Below are positions 20,046 to 29,011 of a DNA stretch of 64,000 nt, one piece after another. The notes under the pieces were generated by a model, which saw only the letters and a list, made by a program, of their open reading frames with translations, ran no database searches and was not told the DNA's origin. The DNA lies in assembly GCA_048497495.1 (NCBI GenBank), contig JAFHCF010000159.1, positions 20,173 through 84,172 on the forward strand, read 5' to 3'. Each line of letters begins with the position of its first letter. Positions within the stretch are counted from its first letter, which is position 1. Both the position numbers and the translations under genes were made by a program. Source of the stretch: Prosthecomicrobium sp. Its GTDB lineage: Bacteria > Pseudomonadota > Alphaproteobacteria > Rhizobiales > Ancalomicrobiaceae.

Positions 20046-20600
20046 ATGGAGGTTCCCATGGCAGAACGCCCCCTCGCCTATTCCGGCCTACAGAAGTTCG
20101 TCCATTGGCTCACCGCGCTCCTGGTCTTCGCCCTGCTCCCCGTCGGGTTCCTCATGGTCCGGCGCGGCGCGGCGACGAATTTCGACGAGATCACCGGCCA
20201 GCTCTACACCGCCCACAAGACCTTCGGCGCGATCGTCCTGCTGCTCGTGCTGTTGCGCGTGGCCCTGCGCCTCATCCACGGCACGCCGGCCCCCGAGGCG
20301 AGCCTCAACCGTCTCCAGGTGATCGCGGCGGAAGCCGTCCACGGCTTGCTCTATCTGGCGCTGCTCGCCGTGCCGATCCTCGGCTGGCTCGGCGCCTCGG
20401 CCTTCGGCGCGCGCGACCTCCTCGGCGGCTTCTCGCTCCCCGAGATCCTCGCCAAGAACGAGGGCCTCGCCAAGATGCTCCTCGCCTATCACGGCTATGT
20501 CGCCTTCGGCCTCGCCGCGCTGCTGGCGGCCCACATCGGCGCGGCTCTGATGCACCGTTTCGTCCTGAAGGACGGCGTGATGCGCCGCATGCTGCCCTAA
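20046..20600 (+). CDS. Cytochrome b561 family protein
   Basis: Four predicted TM helices with conserved His residues (KFVHWLTALLV, YTAHKTFG, EAVHGLLYLAL, LLAYHGYVAFGL), typical of the CybB family. Confidence 0.8.
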   Translation: MEVPMAERPLAYSGLQKFVHWLTALLVFALLPVGFLMVRRGAATNFDEITGQLYTAHKTFGAIVLLLVLLRVALRLIHGTPAPEASLNRLQVIAAEAVHGLLYLALLAVPILGWLGASAFGARDLLGGFSLPEILAKNEGLAKMLLAYHGYVAFGLAALLAAHIGAALMHRFVLKDGVMRRMLP

Positions 20601-21454
20601 CCGGCGGACATCGCGAGGATGTCCGTGTGCCCGACGACGATGCGGGCGCCGGACCGCCCGCACGCCGCGCGTCGGAACTCGAGCCAGTCGTCGAGGCCGG
20701 CGGCTGGCACGCGCCCGGTCTCGCCGACCGCCGCCGCCATGCCGGCGAGAAGCTCCCGCGCCAGGGTCTCCTGCGCCGGGCCGAGCACCCACGGGCTGTC
20801 GCCCCGTTCCACGACATATCCCGCCGCGCCGAACCCTTCGGCCAGCACATCCGCCGCCGCCGGTCCGGCGGCGGTGCCGAAGCCCTTGTCGCGCTTCATG
20901 TGCGCGGCGAAGGCGGCGATCACGGCATCGTCGAGCGGGTGCGGCGGGACGAAGCCGTCGCGGCCATCGTAGGTCAGCACCCCGAGGAACGCCGCGCCGC
21001 GTGCGACGACCGCCTCGACCAGCCGCCCGATCCACGCCGCCGAGGTGAGATCGAACAGCGCCGAGGCGGTGACGAGGTCGCAATCCGCCAAGAGGTCGCC
21101 GTCGACGCCACGGGCGAGATCGCGCCGGTCGAAGGAGACGAGGATCTCCGCGCCGCCCTTGTCGAGCCACAGCGTCTCGCCCTCCGCCCGCGCCGCGTCG
21201 GCCCACTCGGCGAGCCGGCGCGCCGCCGCCTCGAGCAACGCCGGATCGTCGTCGACGAGCCGCCAGGATTGCCGGGGTCCGAGATGGGGCGCGGTGGCGC
21301 GCAGATTGGAGCCGGTCCCCGAGCCGAGGTCGACGACCCGCGGGACCCGGCCGTGCCCCAGATGACGCGTCAGTCGTTCCGCGAGGCCGGCGGCGCGGGC
21401 GCGGTGGTCCGCCGGTTCGCGCAAGCCCAGCCAATCCGCTGAAAACCCGCTCAC
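20597..21454 (-). CDS. Class I SAM-dependent methyltransferase
   Basis: SAM motif I, VVDLGSGTGSNLR. Last gene of a translationally coupled four-gene minus-strand operon. Confidence 0.75.
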   Translation of the reverse strand: MSGFSADWLGLREPADHRARAAGLAERLTRHLGHGRVPRVVDLGSGTGSNLRATAPHLGPRQSWRLVDDDPALLEAAARRLAEWADAARAEGETLWLDKGGAEILVSFDRRDLARGVDGDLLADCDLVTASALFDLTSAAWIGRLVEAVVARGAAFLGVLTYDGRDGFVPPHPLDDAVIAAFAAHMKRDKGFGTAAGPAAADVLAEGFGAAGYVVERGDSPWVLGPAQETLARELLAGMAAAVGETGRVPAAGLDDWLEFRRAACGRSGARIVVGHTDILAMSAG

Positions 21455-22506
21455 GCCACGCCCTCCGATTGCGCCCGCAGACAGTCGGCGACGATCCGCG
21501 CGGTATCCTCCCAGCGCGGCAGGGCCTCGCCGGCGGCGAGGGCGGCGGCGGCGAGGGCGCGGCGCAGGGCCTCGTCCTCGATCGCCAGGTCGAGGGCGGC
21601 ACGCAGCCCCTCGAGGTCGCCGGGCGCCACCTTGAGCCGCGCCCCTTCCGGCACCGTGTCGGCGGCGGCGCCTCCGGTGGTGGCGACGATCGGCAGGCCG
21701 CGCCGCAGGGCCTCGGCGAGCACCATGCCGTAGCCCTCGTAATGCGACGCCGAGACGAAGAGATCGGTCCGCCGGTAGAGATCGTCGAGGGTGTCGTCGC
21801 CGACCGCCCCGAGGAACCGCACCCGCTCACCGAGGCCGGCGGCGGCGATCTGCGCCTCGAGCGCCCGGCCGTGAGCCGGCGCGCGGTCGGCCCCGACGAT
21901 CGACAGTCGCCAGTGGCGCGAGGCGAGCCCCGCCAAAGCGGCGATCAAGAGGTCGTAGCCCTTGCGCGGCACGACCGAGCCGACCGCCAGCAGCTCGAGC
22001 CGTGGCCCGCCCGATCCCGTCGCGCGGGGTTTCGGTGCCGTGCCGGGCACCGCCACGGTGATGCGTTCGGCCGGCACCGCGTAGTCGCGGGAGAGGAGAC
22101 GTCCGGTCGCCGGCGACGTGACGATCACCGCCCCGGCCAGCGCCAGGGCCGCCGTCTCCGACGCCCGCAAGGCTTCCGCCCGCGCCGGGGAGATCCCGGT
22201 CTCGAGTGCCAGCGGATGGTGGCACAGGGCGACCACGGGGCGACTGAAGCGCCGCACCAGGTCGACCGGCATGGCGCCGTAGGCGAGCCCGTCGACGAGC
22301 AGCGGGCACCCTTCGGGAAGCCCCTCGACCAGCGCCGCGCAGGTCTCGAGATCCGCCACGGAAGGGTCCGGGAAGGAGCCCGGCAGCCTCACCGGGATCG
22401 GCCGCAGACCGAAGGTCGGCAACAGCGCCGCGACCGCGCGGTCATAGGCATAGCCGCCGGTGGGCAGATCCGGATCGCCGGGAATGAGGAACGCGACCTC
22501 GCGCAT
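21451..22506 (-). CDS. Glycosyltransferase (GT-B, family 1/4 type)
   Basis: C-terminal E..GYGMVLAEALRRGLPIVATTGGAAADTV motif. 4-nt overlap with the downstream methyltransferase gene. Confidence 0.8.
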   Translation of the reverse strand: MREVAFLIPGDPDLPTGGYAYDRAVAALLPTFGLRPIPVRLPGSFPDPSVADLETCAALVEGLPEGCPLLVDGLAYGAMPVDLVRRFSRPVVALCHHPLALETGISPARAEALRASETAALALAGAVIVTSPATGRLLSRDYAVPAERITVAVPGTAPKPRATGSGGPRLELLAVGSVVPRKGYDLLIAALAGLASRHWRLSIVGADRAPAHGRALEAQIAAAGLGERVRFLGAVGDDTLDDLYRRTDLFVSASHYEGYGMVLAEALRRGLPIVATTGGAAADTVPEGARLKVAPGDLEGLRAALDLAIEDEALRRALAAAALAAGEALPRWEDTARIVADCLRAQSEGVA

Positions 22507-22907
22507 CAGCCGACCGGCCCCTCGAAGGCGGCGCGCGCGAGGTCGGTCTCGTGCAGCGTGACGCGGATGCGGGCGAGGCTCTCGCCGTCGGGCCCGAGCG
22601 CGCCGGCCCGGATCGCCGCCACGATCTCGGTGAAGACGTGGTGGGCGAGGAATTCCGTGGTGGTGAGTTGCCCCTCGAACGCCGGGACGGCGTCGAGATT
22701 GCGGTAGCGCAGCGGATCGAGCACCGCCTTCAACACGTCGAGCGCCCGACCGATGTCGACGACGACGTTCTTCGGCCCGAGCGTCTCGCGGAAGAAGGCG
22801 ACGTCGACCACGAAGGTCGCGCCGTGCAGGCCCTGGGCCGGCCCGAAGAACGGGTCCGGTAGGGCATGGGCGATCATGATGCGGTCACGCACTTCGACGG
22901 AAAACAT
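22506..22907 (-). CDS. 6-pyruvoyl-tetrahydropterin synthase (PTPS/QueD) fold protein, non-canonical active site
   Basis: 133 aa: MFSVEVRDRIMIAHAL...GLHGATFVVDVAF. The PTPS-like layout is present, but the usual HGH is HGA and no catalytic Cys is evident. Start set at MFSVEV (22907). Confidence 0.65.
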   Translation of the reverse strand: MFSVEVRDRIMIAHALPDPFFGPAQGLHGATFVVDVAFFRETLGPKNVVVDIGRALDVLKAVLDPLRYRNLDAVPAFEGQLTTTEFLAHHVFTEIVAAIRAGALGPDGESLARIRVTLHETDLARAAFEGPVG

Positions 22908-22909
22908 GC

Positions 22910-23926
22910 TCACTCCTCGTAATTCACCAGTGTCGCGACGCCCGGCGCCCCCGGCGCCAACAGGCGTGGGATCGCCTCGGCGAGATCGTCGAAGGCGACG
23001 GTCTCCGTGATCAGCCGGTCCAGCCGCTCGTCCGCGCTCAATCGCAATGCTGCGGCGAGACGGGACGCATGGGTCCAGCCGCGCGCCGCATGCCCCGGCG
23101 AGACCCGCCCGACCTGCGACGAGACGAGGCTGAGGCGCTCGCCATGGAAGGCGCCGCCGAGCTGCGCCGCCACCTCGCCCGCGCCGTACCAACTGAGTTC
23201 GATCACTTTGGCCTCCGGCCCGGCCGCGCCGAGCGCGGTGGCGAGCCCGGCCGCCGTCGCGCTCGTGTGGAAGACCACGTCCGCCCCGCCGGGCACCGCC
23301 TCCGGCGTCGCGAAATCCGCCCCGCCGAGCGACGCCTCCGGCGTCGCGAAATCCGCCCCGAAGCCGGCGGCGAGCGCGGCCCGCGCCGGATCGACGTCGA
23401 CCAGCGTGACCCGCGCGCCGGGCAGGCCGGCGCAGAGCGCCGTGACCAGCAGCCCGACGAGCCCGCCGCCGACCACCACCACCCGGTCCGCGACGCTCAC
23501 GCCCGAATCCCAGACGGCATTGAGCGCCGTCTCCATGTTGGCGGCGAGCGCCGCGCGCCGCGCCGGCACACCGTCCGGCACCGGCGTGAGCCGGTCGAGG
23601 GCCGCGACGAAGCGCTCCTGGTGGGGATGCAGCACGAAGACCCGCCGGCCGCGCCACGCCGCCGGCCCGTCCTCGACGATCCCCACCGCGCAGTAGCCGT
23701 ATTTGACCGGAAACGGGAAATCGCCCTCCTGCATCGGACAGCGCATCCGCCGCTGCTCCGCCGCCGGCACCCCGCCCCGCGCGACGAGCCTCTCGGTGCC
23801 GCGCGAGATCGCCGAGATCTCGGTGCGCACCAGCGCCTCGTCGCGGCCGGGCGCGCCCAGCGTCAGGGCGCGCAACTCGGCCCGCATCGGAGCGACGTAG
23901 TAGAGGGCCCGCGTGGTGGTGGTCAT
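22910..23926 (-). CDS. Medium-chain (zinc-type) alcohol dehydrogenase family protein
   Basis: Rossmann motif VVVVGGGLVGLL...VTLVDVD and MDR-like N-terminus. Contains an in-frame 36-bp tandem duplication. Start set at MTTTTRALYY (23926). Confidence 0.75.
   Translation of the reverse strand: MTTTTRALYYVAPMRAELRALTLGAPGRDEALVRTEISAISRGTERLVARGGVPAAEQRRMRCPMQEGDFPFPVKYGYCAVGIVEDGPAAWRGRRVFVLHPHQERFVAALDRLTPVPDGVPARRAALAANMETALNAVWDSGVSVADRVVVVGGGLVGLLVTALCAGLPGARVTLVDVDPARAALAAGFGADFATPEASLGGADFATPEAVPGGADVVFHTSATAAGLATALGAAGPEAKVIELSWYGAGEVAAQLGGAFHGERLSLVSSQVGRVSPGHAARGWTHASRLAAALRLSADERLDRLITETVAFDDLAEAIPRLLAPGAPGVATLVNYEE
23297..23369. repeat. In-frame tandem duplication (period 36 bp) inside the dehydrogenase gene
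   Basis: A 28-nt string (c)GCCTCCGGCGTCGCGAAATCCGCCCCG occurs at 23297 and again at 23333. It encodes GADFATPEASLG / GADFATPEAVPG. Confidence 0.85.
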
Positions 23927-24141
23927 CCGGTTCGCTTCGCTTCTCTTCACCACCGACCGCGTTCGGAGCGATCCGGGTTTCGATCCTGTCGGGTCGACTT
24001 CGCTCCCACGGCAGCCGGAGCGAATTCTTTTCGAGTCGGCTGATTCAGTCCGCTCGGAACATGTTCTAGGGTTGCCCGTCATGCGCCGGATTCGCAAGAC
24101 GGCCGCGACGAGTTCCCGCAACAGACGATGGTGACGCGCCC

Positions 24142-25938
24142 ATGCCCTCGGACGACGTGACGCCCCTCGACCGCGCCTCGTCGAGGACCGCGTCGACCCC
24201 GACCGGCACCCGGAGCACGGCGGTGCTGGCGCGACGCCGCGTCCTCGTGGCGGGGCTGAACGGCGCGCTGTACCTCGCCTTCGCCCTCTGGGCGGCCTCC
24301 ATCCTGGGGGCGGGCGGCTGGACGGTGATCGATGTCCTCCTCCTCGTCTCCTTCCTCGGCATGCTGCCCTGGACGGTGCTGGGCGTCTGGAACGCGGTGA
24401 TCGGCCTCTATCTGCTCCACGGCGTGAAGGACCATCTGCGCGAGGTCGCGCCCTTCGCCGCGCTCGACGAGCCCGAGGGCCCGATCGCGCTGAAGACCGC
24501 CATCGTCATGACGGTGCGCAACGAGGACCCGGCCCGCACCCTCGGACGCCTGAAGCTCATCGAGGCCGAACTCGCGGCGAGCGGGTATGGCGCCGCCTTC
24601 GCCTATTTCCTGCTCTCCGACACCGACCGGGACGACGTGGCGGCGCAGGAAGAGGCCGCCGTCGCGCGCTGGACCCGGGAGGTCGGCGACCGCGCCACCA
24701 TCGTCTATCGCCGTCGCGACGACCGCACCGGCTTCAAGGCCGGAAACCTCCGCGACTTCCTCGTACGGTGGGGCGACGACCACGACCTGATGCTGCCGCT
24801 CGACGCCGACAGCCTGATGGACGCCGCGACGATCCTGCGGGCCGTGCGCCGCATGCAGGCCCATCCGAGGATCGGCATCCTCCAGACCCTGGTGGTCGGC
24901 CTGCCGTCGCGCAGCGCCTTCGCCCGGATCTTCCAATTCGGCATGCGCCAGGGCATGCGCACCTATATCAACGGCCAGGCCTGGTGGACCGGCGACTGCG
25001 GTCAGTTCTGGGGCCACAACGCGCTGGCGCGCATCGCGCCCTTCCGTGACGCCTGCCAGGTGCCGGTGCTGCCCGGCTCGCCCCCCTTCGGCGGGCAGAT
25101 CCTCAGCCACGACCAGATCGAGGCGGCGCTGATGCGCCGCGCCGGCTTCGAGGTCTTGATCGTGCCGGAGGAATGCGGCTCCTGGGAGGAGAACCCACCG
25201 ACGCTGCTCGACTACATGGCCCGCAACACCCGCTGGTGCCAAGGCAACCTGCAATACGTCAAGCTACTGGGCACCCCGGGGCTCCTGCCGGTGTCGCGCT
25301 TTCAGCTGATCTGGGCGATCGCGATGTTCGTGTCGATCCCCGGCACCACCGCGATGCTGCCGCTCGCCGCCCTCAAGCCCTTCGACGGCGAAGGCCTCGC
25401 CGGCTTTCCGGTCGCATCGGCGCTGGCGCTCCACTTGACCTTTCTCGCCCTCGGGCAGATGCCGAAACTCTGCGGCCTCGCCGACATCTTCCTGACCGAG
25501 GGGGGGGCGGCGAGCTATGGCGGCGCCGGCCGCGTGCTCATCGCCGGCCTGCTCGAGATGGTGCATTCCTGGTTTCTCGGCGCCGCGGATTCCTTCCGCA
25601 TCACGATCTTCATCATCGGCCTCGTCTTCGGCCGGTCGATCGGATGGGGCGGGCAGGCTCGCGACGCCCATGGCGTCACCTGGGGAAACGCCGTCGCCGC
25701 CCTCTGGCCGCAGACGCTCTTCGGCGTCGTCGTCCTCGCCACGATGGCGGCGACCTCGCCCGCCTTCGCGGCCTGGTCGCTGCCGCTGACGCTGGGCTAC
25801 GTCGTCGCCGTCCCCTTCTGCGTCCTCACCGCCGACCCCGCCGTCGGCGAGGCGCTGCGAATCCGCCGGCTCTTCGCCGTGCCCGAGGAGTTCGACACGC
25901 CGGCGATCGTCGCCGAACTCCAGGAAGGGCAGGACTGA
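24142..25938 (+). CDS. opgH: Glucans biosynthesis glucosyltransferase H (OpgH/MdoH, GT2)
   Basis: TAIVMTVRNEDP...FLLSDT...YRRR...GFKAGN...LPLDADS...GHNALAR...ILSHDQIEAALMRRAGFEV...EENPPTLLDY..RNTRWCQGNLQ, flanked by multiple TM helices. Confidence 0.9.
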   Translation: MPSDDVTPLDRASSRTASTPTGTRSTAVLARRRVLVAGLNGALYLAFALWAASILGAGGWTVIDVLLLVSFLGMLPWTVLGVWNAVIGLYLLHGVKDHLREVAPFAALDEPEGPIALKTAIVMTVRNEDPARTLGRLKLIEAELAASGYGAAFAYFLLSDTDRDDVAAQEEAAVARWTREVGDRATIVYRRRDDRTGFKAGNLRDFLVRWGDDHDLMLPLDADSLMDAATILRAVRRMQAHPRIGILQTLVVGLPSRSAFARIFQFGMRQGMRTYINGQAWWTGDCGQFWGHNALARIAPFRDACQVPVLPGSPPFGGQILSHDQIEAALMRRAGFEVLIVPEECGSWEENPPTLLDYMARNTRWCQGNLQYVKLLGTPGLLPVSRFQLIWAIAMFVSIPGTTAMLPLAALKPFDGEGLAGFPVASALALHLTFLALGQMPKLCGLADIFLTEGGAASYGGAGRVLIAGLLEMVHSWFLGAADSFRITIFIIGLVFGRSIGWGGQARDAHGVTWGNAVAALWPQTLFGVVVLATMAATSPAFAAWSLPLTLGYVVAVPFCVLTADPAVGEALRIRRLFAVPEEFDTPAIVAELQEGQD

Positions 25939-25970
25939 ACCCCGGTTCGTCCTTTCGCGAGAGGCCTCCG

Positions 25971-27248
25971 TCACATCACCAGATTGGGAAGCCAGAGAAC
26001 CAGCCCCGGGGACAGGGCCAGGATCAGCACCACCGCGCAGATCGCCGCGATGAAGGGGATCGATTCCATCACGTATTCCTCGATCGGCGTATCGAGGATC
26101 GAGCACACCGTGTACATCGCCACGCCGACCGGCGGCGTCATCGAGCCGAGGGTGACGATCGTCATCATCAGGATGCCGAAATGTACCGGATCGACGCCGA
26201 GCTTGGTGACGATCGGCACGAAGATCGGGGTGAGCAGCAACACCAGCACCGTGCTCTCGACGAAGAAGCCGGCGACCAGCAGGAAGAACAGGACCATGCC
26301 CACGACGATCAGCGGATTGGAGGTGAGACCGAGCATCCACTCGGCCACCACCTGCGGCGCCTGCTCGAAGATCAGGGCGTAGCCGACCATGCCGGACATC
26401 AGGATGATCAGCATGATCACGCCGAGATCGAGCACGCCCTCGCCGAGCGCCTCGAGTGCCTTCTCGAAGGTCAGTTCCTTGTGCAGGAACACGCCGACGA
26501 CGACCGCGTAGACCACCGCGAAGGCGCCGATCTCCGACGGCGTGAAGATGCCGCCGCGAATGCCGACCAGAAGCGCGAGCGGGAACAGCAGCGCCCATTT
26601 GGCATCGACCACGGCGCGCCAGATCTCCGCCCCCGTCGGCTTGGTGGCGCGCGCCTCGCGATAACCGCGCTTGCGGGCGACGACATAGACGACGCCCATC
26701 AGCGCCGCCATCATCATCAGGCCGGGGATGACGCCGGCGAGGAACAGCCGCCCGATCGAGACGTTGCCGACGAAGCCGTAGAGGATCAGGCCGAGGCTCG
26801 GCGGAATGGTCGCGGTGATGAGCGAGCCGACCGCGATCGAGGCGCAGGTGAAGCCCTTGGAATAGCCGCTCCTGATCATGTTCGGCCCGAGGATGCGCGC
26901 CTCCATCGCCGCGTCGGCCACCGCCGACCCGGAGACGCCGCCCATCAGGGTCGAGAGCAGGATGCAGACCTGGGCGAGACCGCCCGACATCCACGACACC
27001 AGCACGTTGGAACAGTTGATCAGCCGCGAGGTGATGCCGGTCTTGTTCATCATGTGGCCGGCCAGCACGAAGAACGGCACCGCCAGGAGCGGGAAGCTCT
27101 GCGACGCGGTGGCGATCTGCTGCACGCCGATCGACAGCGGAATCGTGCCGCTGAGCACGAAGAAGGAGAAGCCCGACAGGCCGATGGCGAAGGCGACGGG
27201 CATTCCGAGGAACATCAGGACGAAGAACAGGCCCCACAGCATCAACAT
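25971..27248 (-). CDS. TRAP transporter large permease (DctM family)
   Basis: 425 aa polytopic protein with a typical DctM N-terminus (MLMLWGLFFVLMFLGMPVAFAIGLSG). Confidence 0.9.
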   Translation of the reverse strand: MLMLWGLFFVLMFLGMPVAFAIGLSGFSFFVLSGTIPLSIGVQQIATASQSFPLLAVPFFVLAGHMMNKTGITSRLINCSNVLVSWMSGGLAQVCILLSTLMGGVSGSAVADAAMEARILGPNMIRSGYSKGFTCASIAVGSLITATIPPSLGLILYGFVGNVSIGRLFLAGVIPGLMMMAALMGVVYVVARKRGYREARATKPTGAEIWRAVVDAKWALLFPLALLVGIRGGIFTPSEIGAFAVVYAVVVGVFLHKELTFEKALEALGEGVLDLGVIMLIILMSGMVGYALIFEQAPQVVAEWMLGLTSNPLIVVGMVLFFLLVAGFFVESTVLVLLLTPIFVPIVTKLGVDPVHFGILMMTIVTLGSMTPPVGVAMYTVCSILDTPIEEYVMESIPFIAAICAVVLILALSPGLVLWLPNLVM

Positions 27249-27254
27249 CGGCGT

Positions 27255-27761
27255 TCACCCCAATTGGCTGTCGGTGCGGTCCGCCGCCCGTTCCGCGTAG
27301 AAGACGAGGCCGCGTCCGCGCCAGGCGCCGACGATGTGACCGACGAGGGTGATCGCCAGCATCGCCGCGCCGATCGGCACGGCGGCGGTGACCCAGGCGT
27401 AGGAGATGCCGCTGTCGCCGTAGACCCGCTGCCAGTTGAGCAGGGTCAGCCGTCCGCCGGAGATCATCAGGGCGACCAGGAAGGCGAGCGCCAGAAGGCC
27501 GAGCGCCAGGTCGATCCAATGGCGCAGGAAGAGTGGCAGCCGGCGCACGAAGAGATCGACGCCGATGTGGGTCTTCAACCGCAGCGCCCGATTGGCGCCG
27601 AGGAAGCAGACCCAGATGAAGAGCAGTTGCGCGACGTCGACCGACCAGATCAACGGATAGCCGAAGGACCGACCGACCGCGGCGACGAAGACCAGGACGA
27701 CGATCACCGCCAGCAGGAATTTGGCGGCATGGAGTTCGAGACGAGCGATGTGTTGGGACAT
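27255..27761 (-). CDS. TRAP transporter small permease (DctQ family)
   Basis: 168 aa, four TM helices, immediately upstream of the DctM gene. Confidence 0.85.
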   Translation of the reverse strand: MSQHIARLELHAAKFLLAVIVVLVFVAAVGRSFGYPLIWSVDVAQLLFIWVCFLGANRALRLKTHIGVDLFVRRLPLFLRHWIDLALGLLALAFLVALMISGGRLTLLNWQRVYGDSGISYAWVTAAVPIGAAMLAITLVGHIVGAWRGRGLVFYAERAADRTDSQLG

Positions 27762-27915
27762 GACGACACCACGCGGGCTGTGAGGGCCTCGGGGCCGACG
27801 TCGCGAGGCCCGAGGGACGCCCTCGGCGGCGACGTCGAAGGAGCGTGAGCCGGCCGCTCGCGCCGATCGATTCTCGATCCGACGGGAGCGGCCTGCGACA
27901 CGGGCCGCGGGTGGA

Positions 27916-28911
27916 TTACTTCAGGTACTTCTCGACCTCGAGCCGAAGCTCACCGTAGCCGAGCTTGTCGTAGACGCCCTTGGTCGCCGCGATGAACGGC
28001 GCCTTGTCGACTTCCGAGACGGTCATGCCGTTCTTGCGCATCGTCTCCTCGGAACTCATCAGCGAGTCCTCGGTCAGCTTCGAGGCATAGTCGCCCGCCG
28101 CCAGCGATTCCTCACGCAGGATCTTCTGCAGCTCCGGCGAGAGCCCGTCGAACCAGGCGGCGCTGGTGACGATGCCGGTGATCAGGTTGATGTGACCGGT
28201 CTTGGTCACGTATTTGGCGACCTCGTAGAGCTTGGAGCCGACGATCGCCGGATCCTGCGCCTCGACCGCGTCGATCACCTTCTGCTGCATCGCCGGGTAG
28301 ACCTCGCCCCAGGCCATCGGCGTCGGGGTGGCGCCCATGCCGCGGATCGTCTCCATCCACACCGGCGCGCCGGGCGTGCGCATGCGCACACCGGCGAGAT
28401 CGGCGGGGACCTTCACCGGCTTGTTGGTGACGAGATGACGCTCGCCCTGCCACCAGTTGAAGGAGAGGATCTGATGGCCGGAGGTGGTGCGCAGCTTCTG
28501 GACCCAGGTCTCGAATACCGGCGAGGTGACGATCTTGCGGACGCCCTTGAAGCCGTCGGCGAGGAACGGCGCGCCGAGAATGCCGAATTCCTTGACGAAG
28601 ACGGCCATGCGGCCGCCGTCGACGACGACGGCGACATTGGCGCCGGCGCGCGCCTGCTCGAGCACGTCCTCGTCCTTGCCGAGCTGTGAGCCGGGGAAGA
28701 TGCGGATCTCGAGTTCGCCCTTGGAGCGCTCGGCGACCCGGTCGCGCATGTGCTCGAGACCCTTGTAGATCGGATCCGTCTGGGTGAGCGCGGTGTTGAT
28801 GTTGAGCTGGGTCTTCGCCGCCGCGAGCCCGGTCGCCGATACCGAGACGCTCAAGAAGACCGCCAGGCCGGTGACCGCCGAACCGAGGATGGAGAATGAC
28901 GTATGACTCAT
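27916..28911 (-). CDS. TRAP transporter substrate-binding protein (DctP family)
   Basis: Signal peptide plus the DctP-type pattern (IRIFPGSQLGKDEDVLEQARAGA...). First gene of the TRAP operon. Confidence 0.9.
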   Translation of the reverse strand: MSHTSFSILGSAVTGLAVFLSVSVSATGLAAAKTQLNINTALTQTDPIYKGLEHMRDRVAERSKGELEIRIFPGSQLGKDEDVLEQARAGANVAVVVDGGRMAVFVKEFGILGAPFLADGFKGVRKIVTSPVFETWVQKLRTTSGHQILSFNWWQGERHLVTNKPVKVPADLAGVRMRTPGAPVWMETIRGMGATPTPMAWGEVYPAMQQKVIDAVEAQDPAIVGSKLYEVAKYVTKTGHINLITGIVTSAAWFDGLSPELQKILREESLAAGDYASKLTEDSLMSSEETMRKNGMTVSEVDKAPFIAATKGVYDKLGYGELRLEVEKYLK

Positions 28912-28955
28912 CTGTCTGGCCCTCCCTGAGGCTCTTTATGAGGCGTAGTACCTTG

Positions 28956-28973
28956 CGGTATGGCACCATACCG
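28956..28973. promoter_or_regulatory. Inverted repeat, candidate GntR-family operator in the divergent TRAP/gntR promoter region
   Basis: CGGTATGG-CA-CCATACCG (8-bp perfect arms). It lies between the DctP-gene start (28911, minus) and the GntR-gene start (29012, plus). Confidence 0.45.
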
Positions 28974-29011
28974 GTAAGCTACATCCAAGGAAGCAGAGAA
29001 CGCAAGCCGCC

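Noticed and set aside
25173-27848. 891-aa + and 751-aa - ORFs over the TRAP permease region
   Set aside because: These are shadow frames of the DctM and DctQ genes with highly charged low-complexity sequence.
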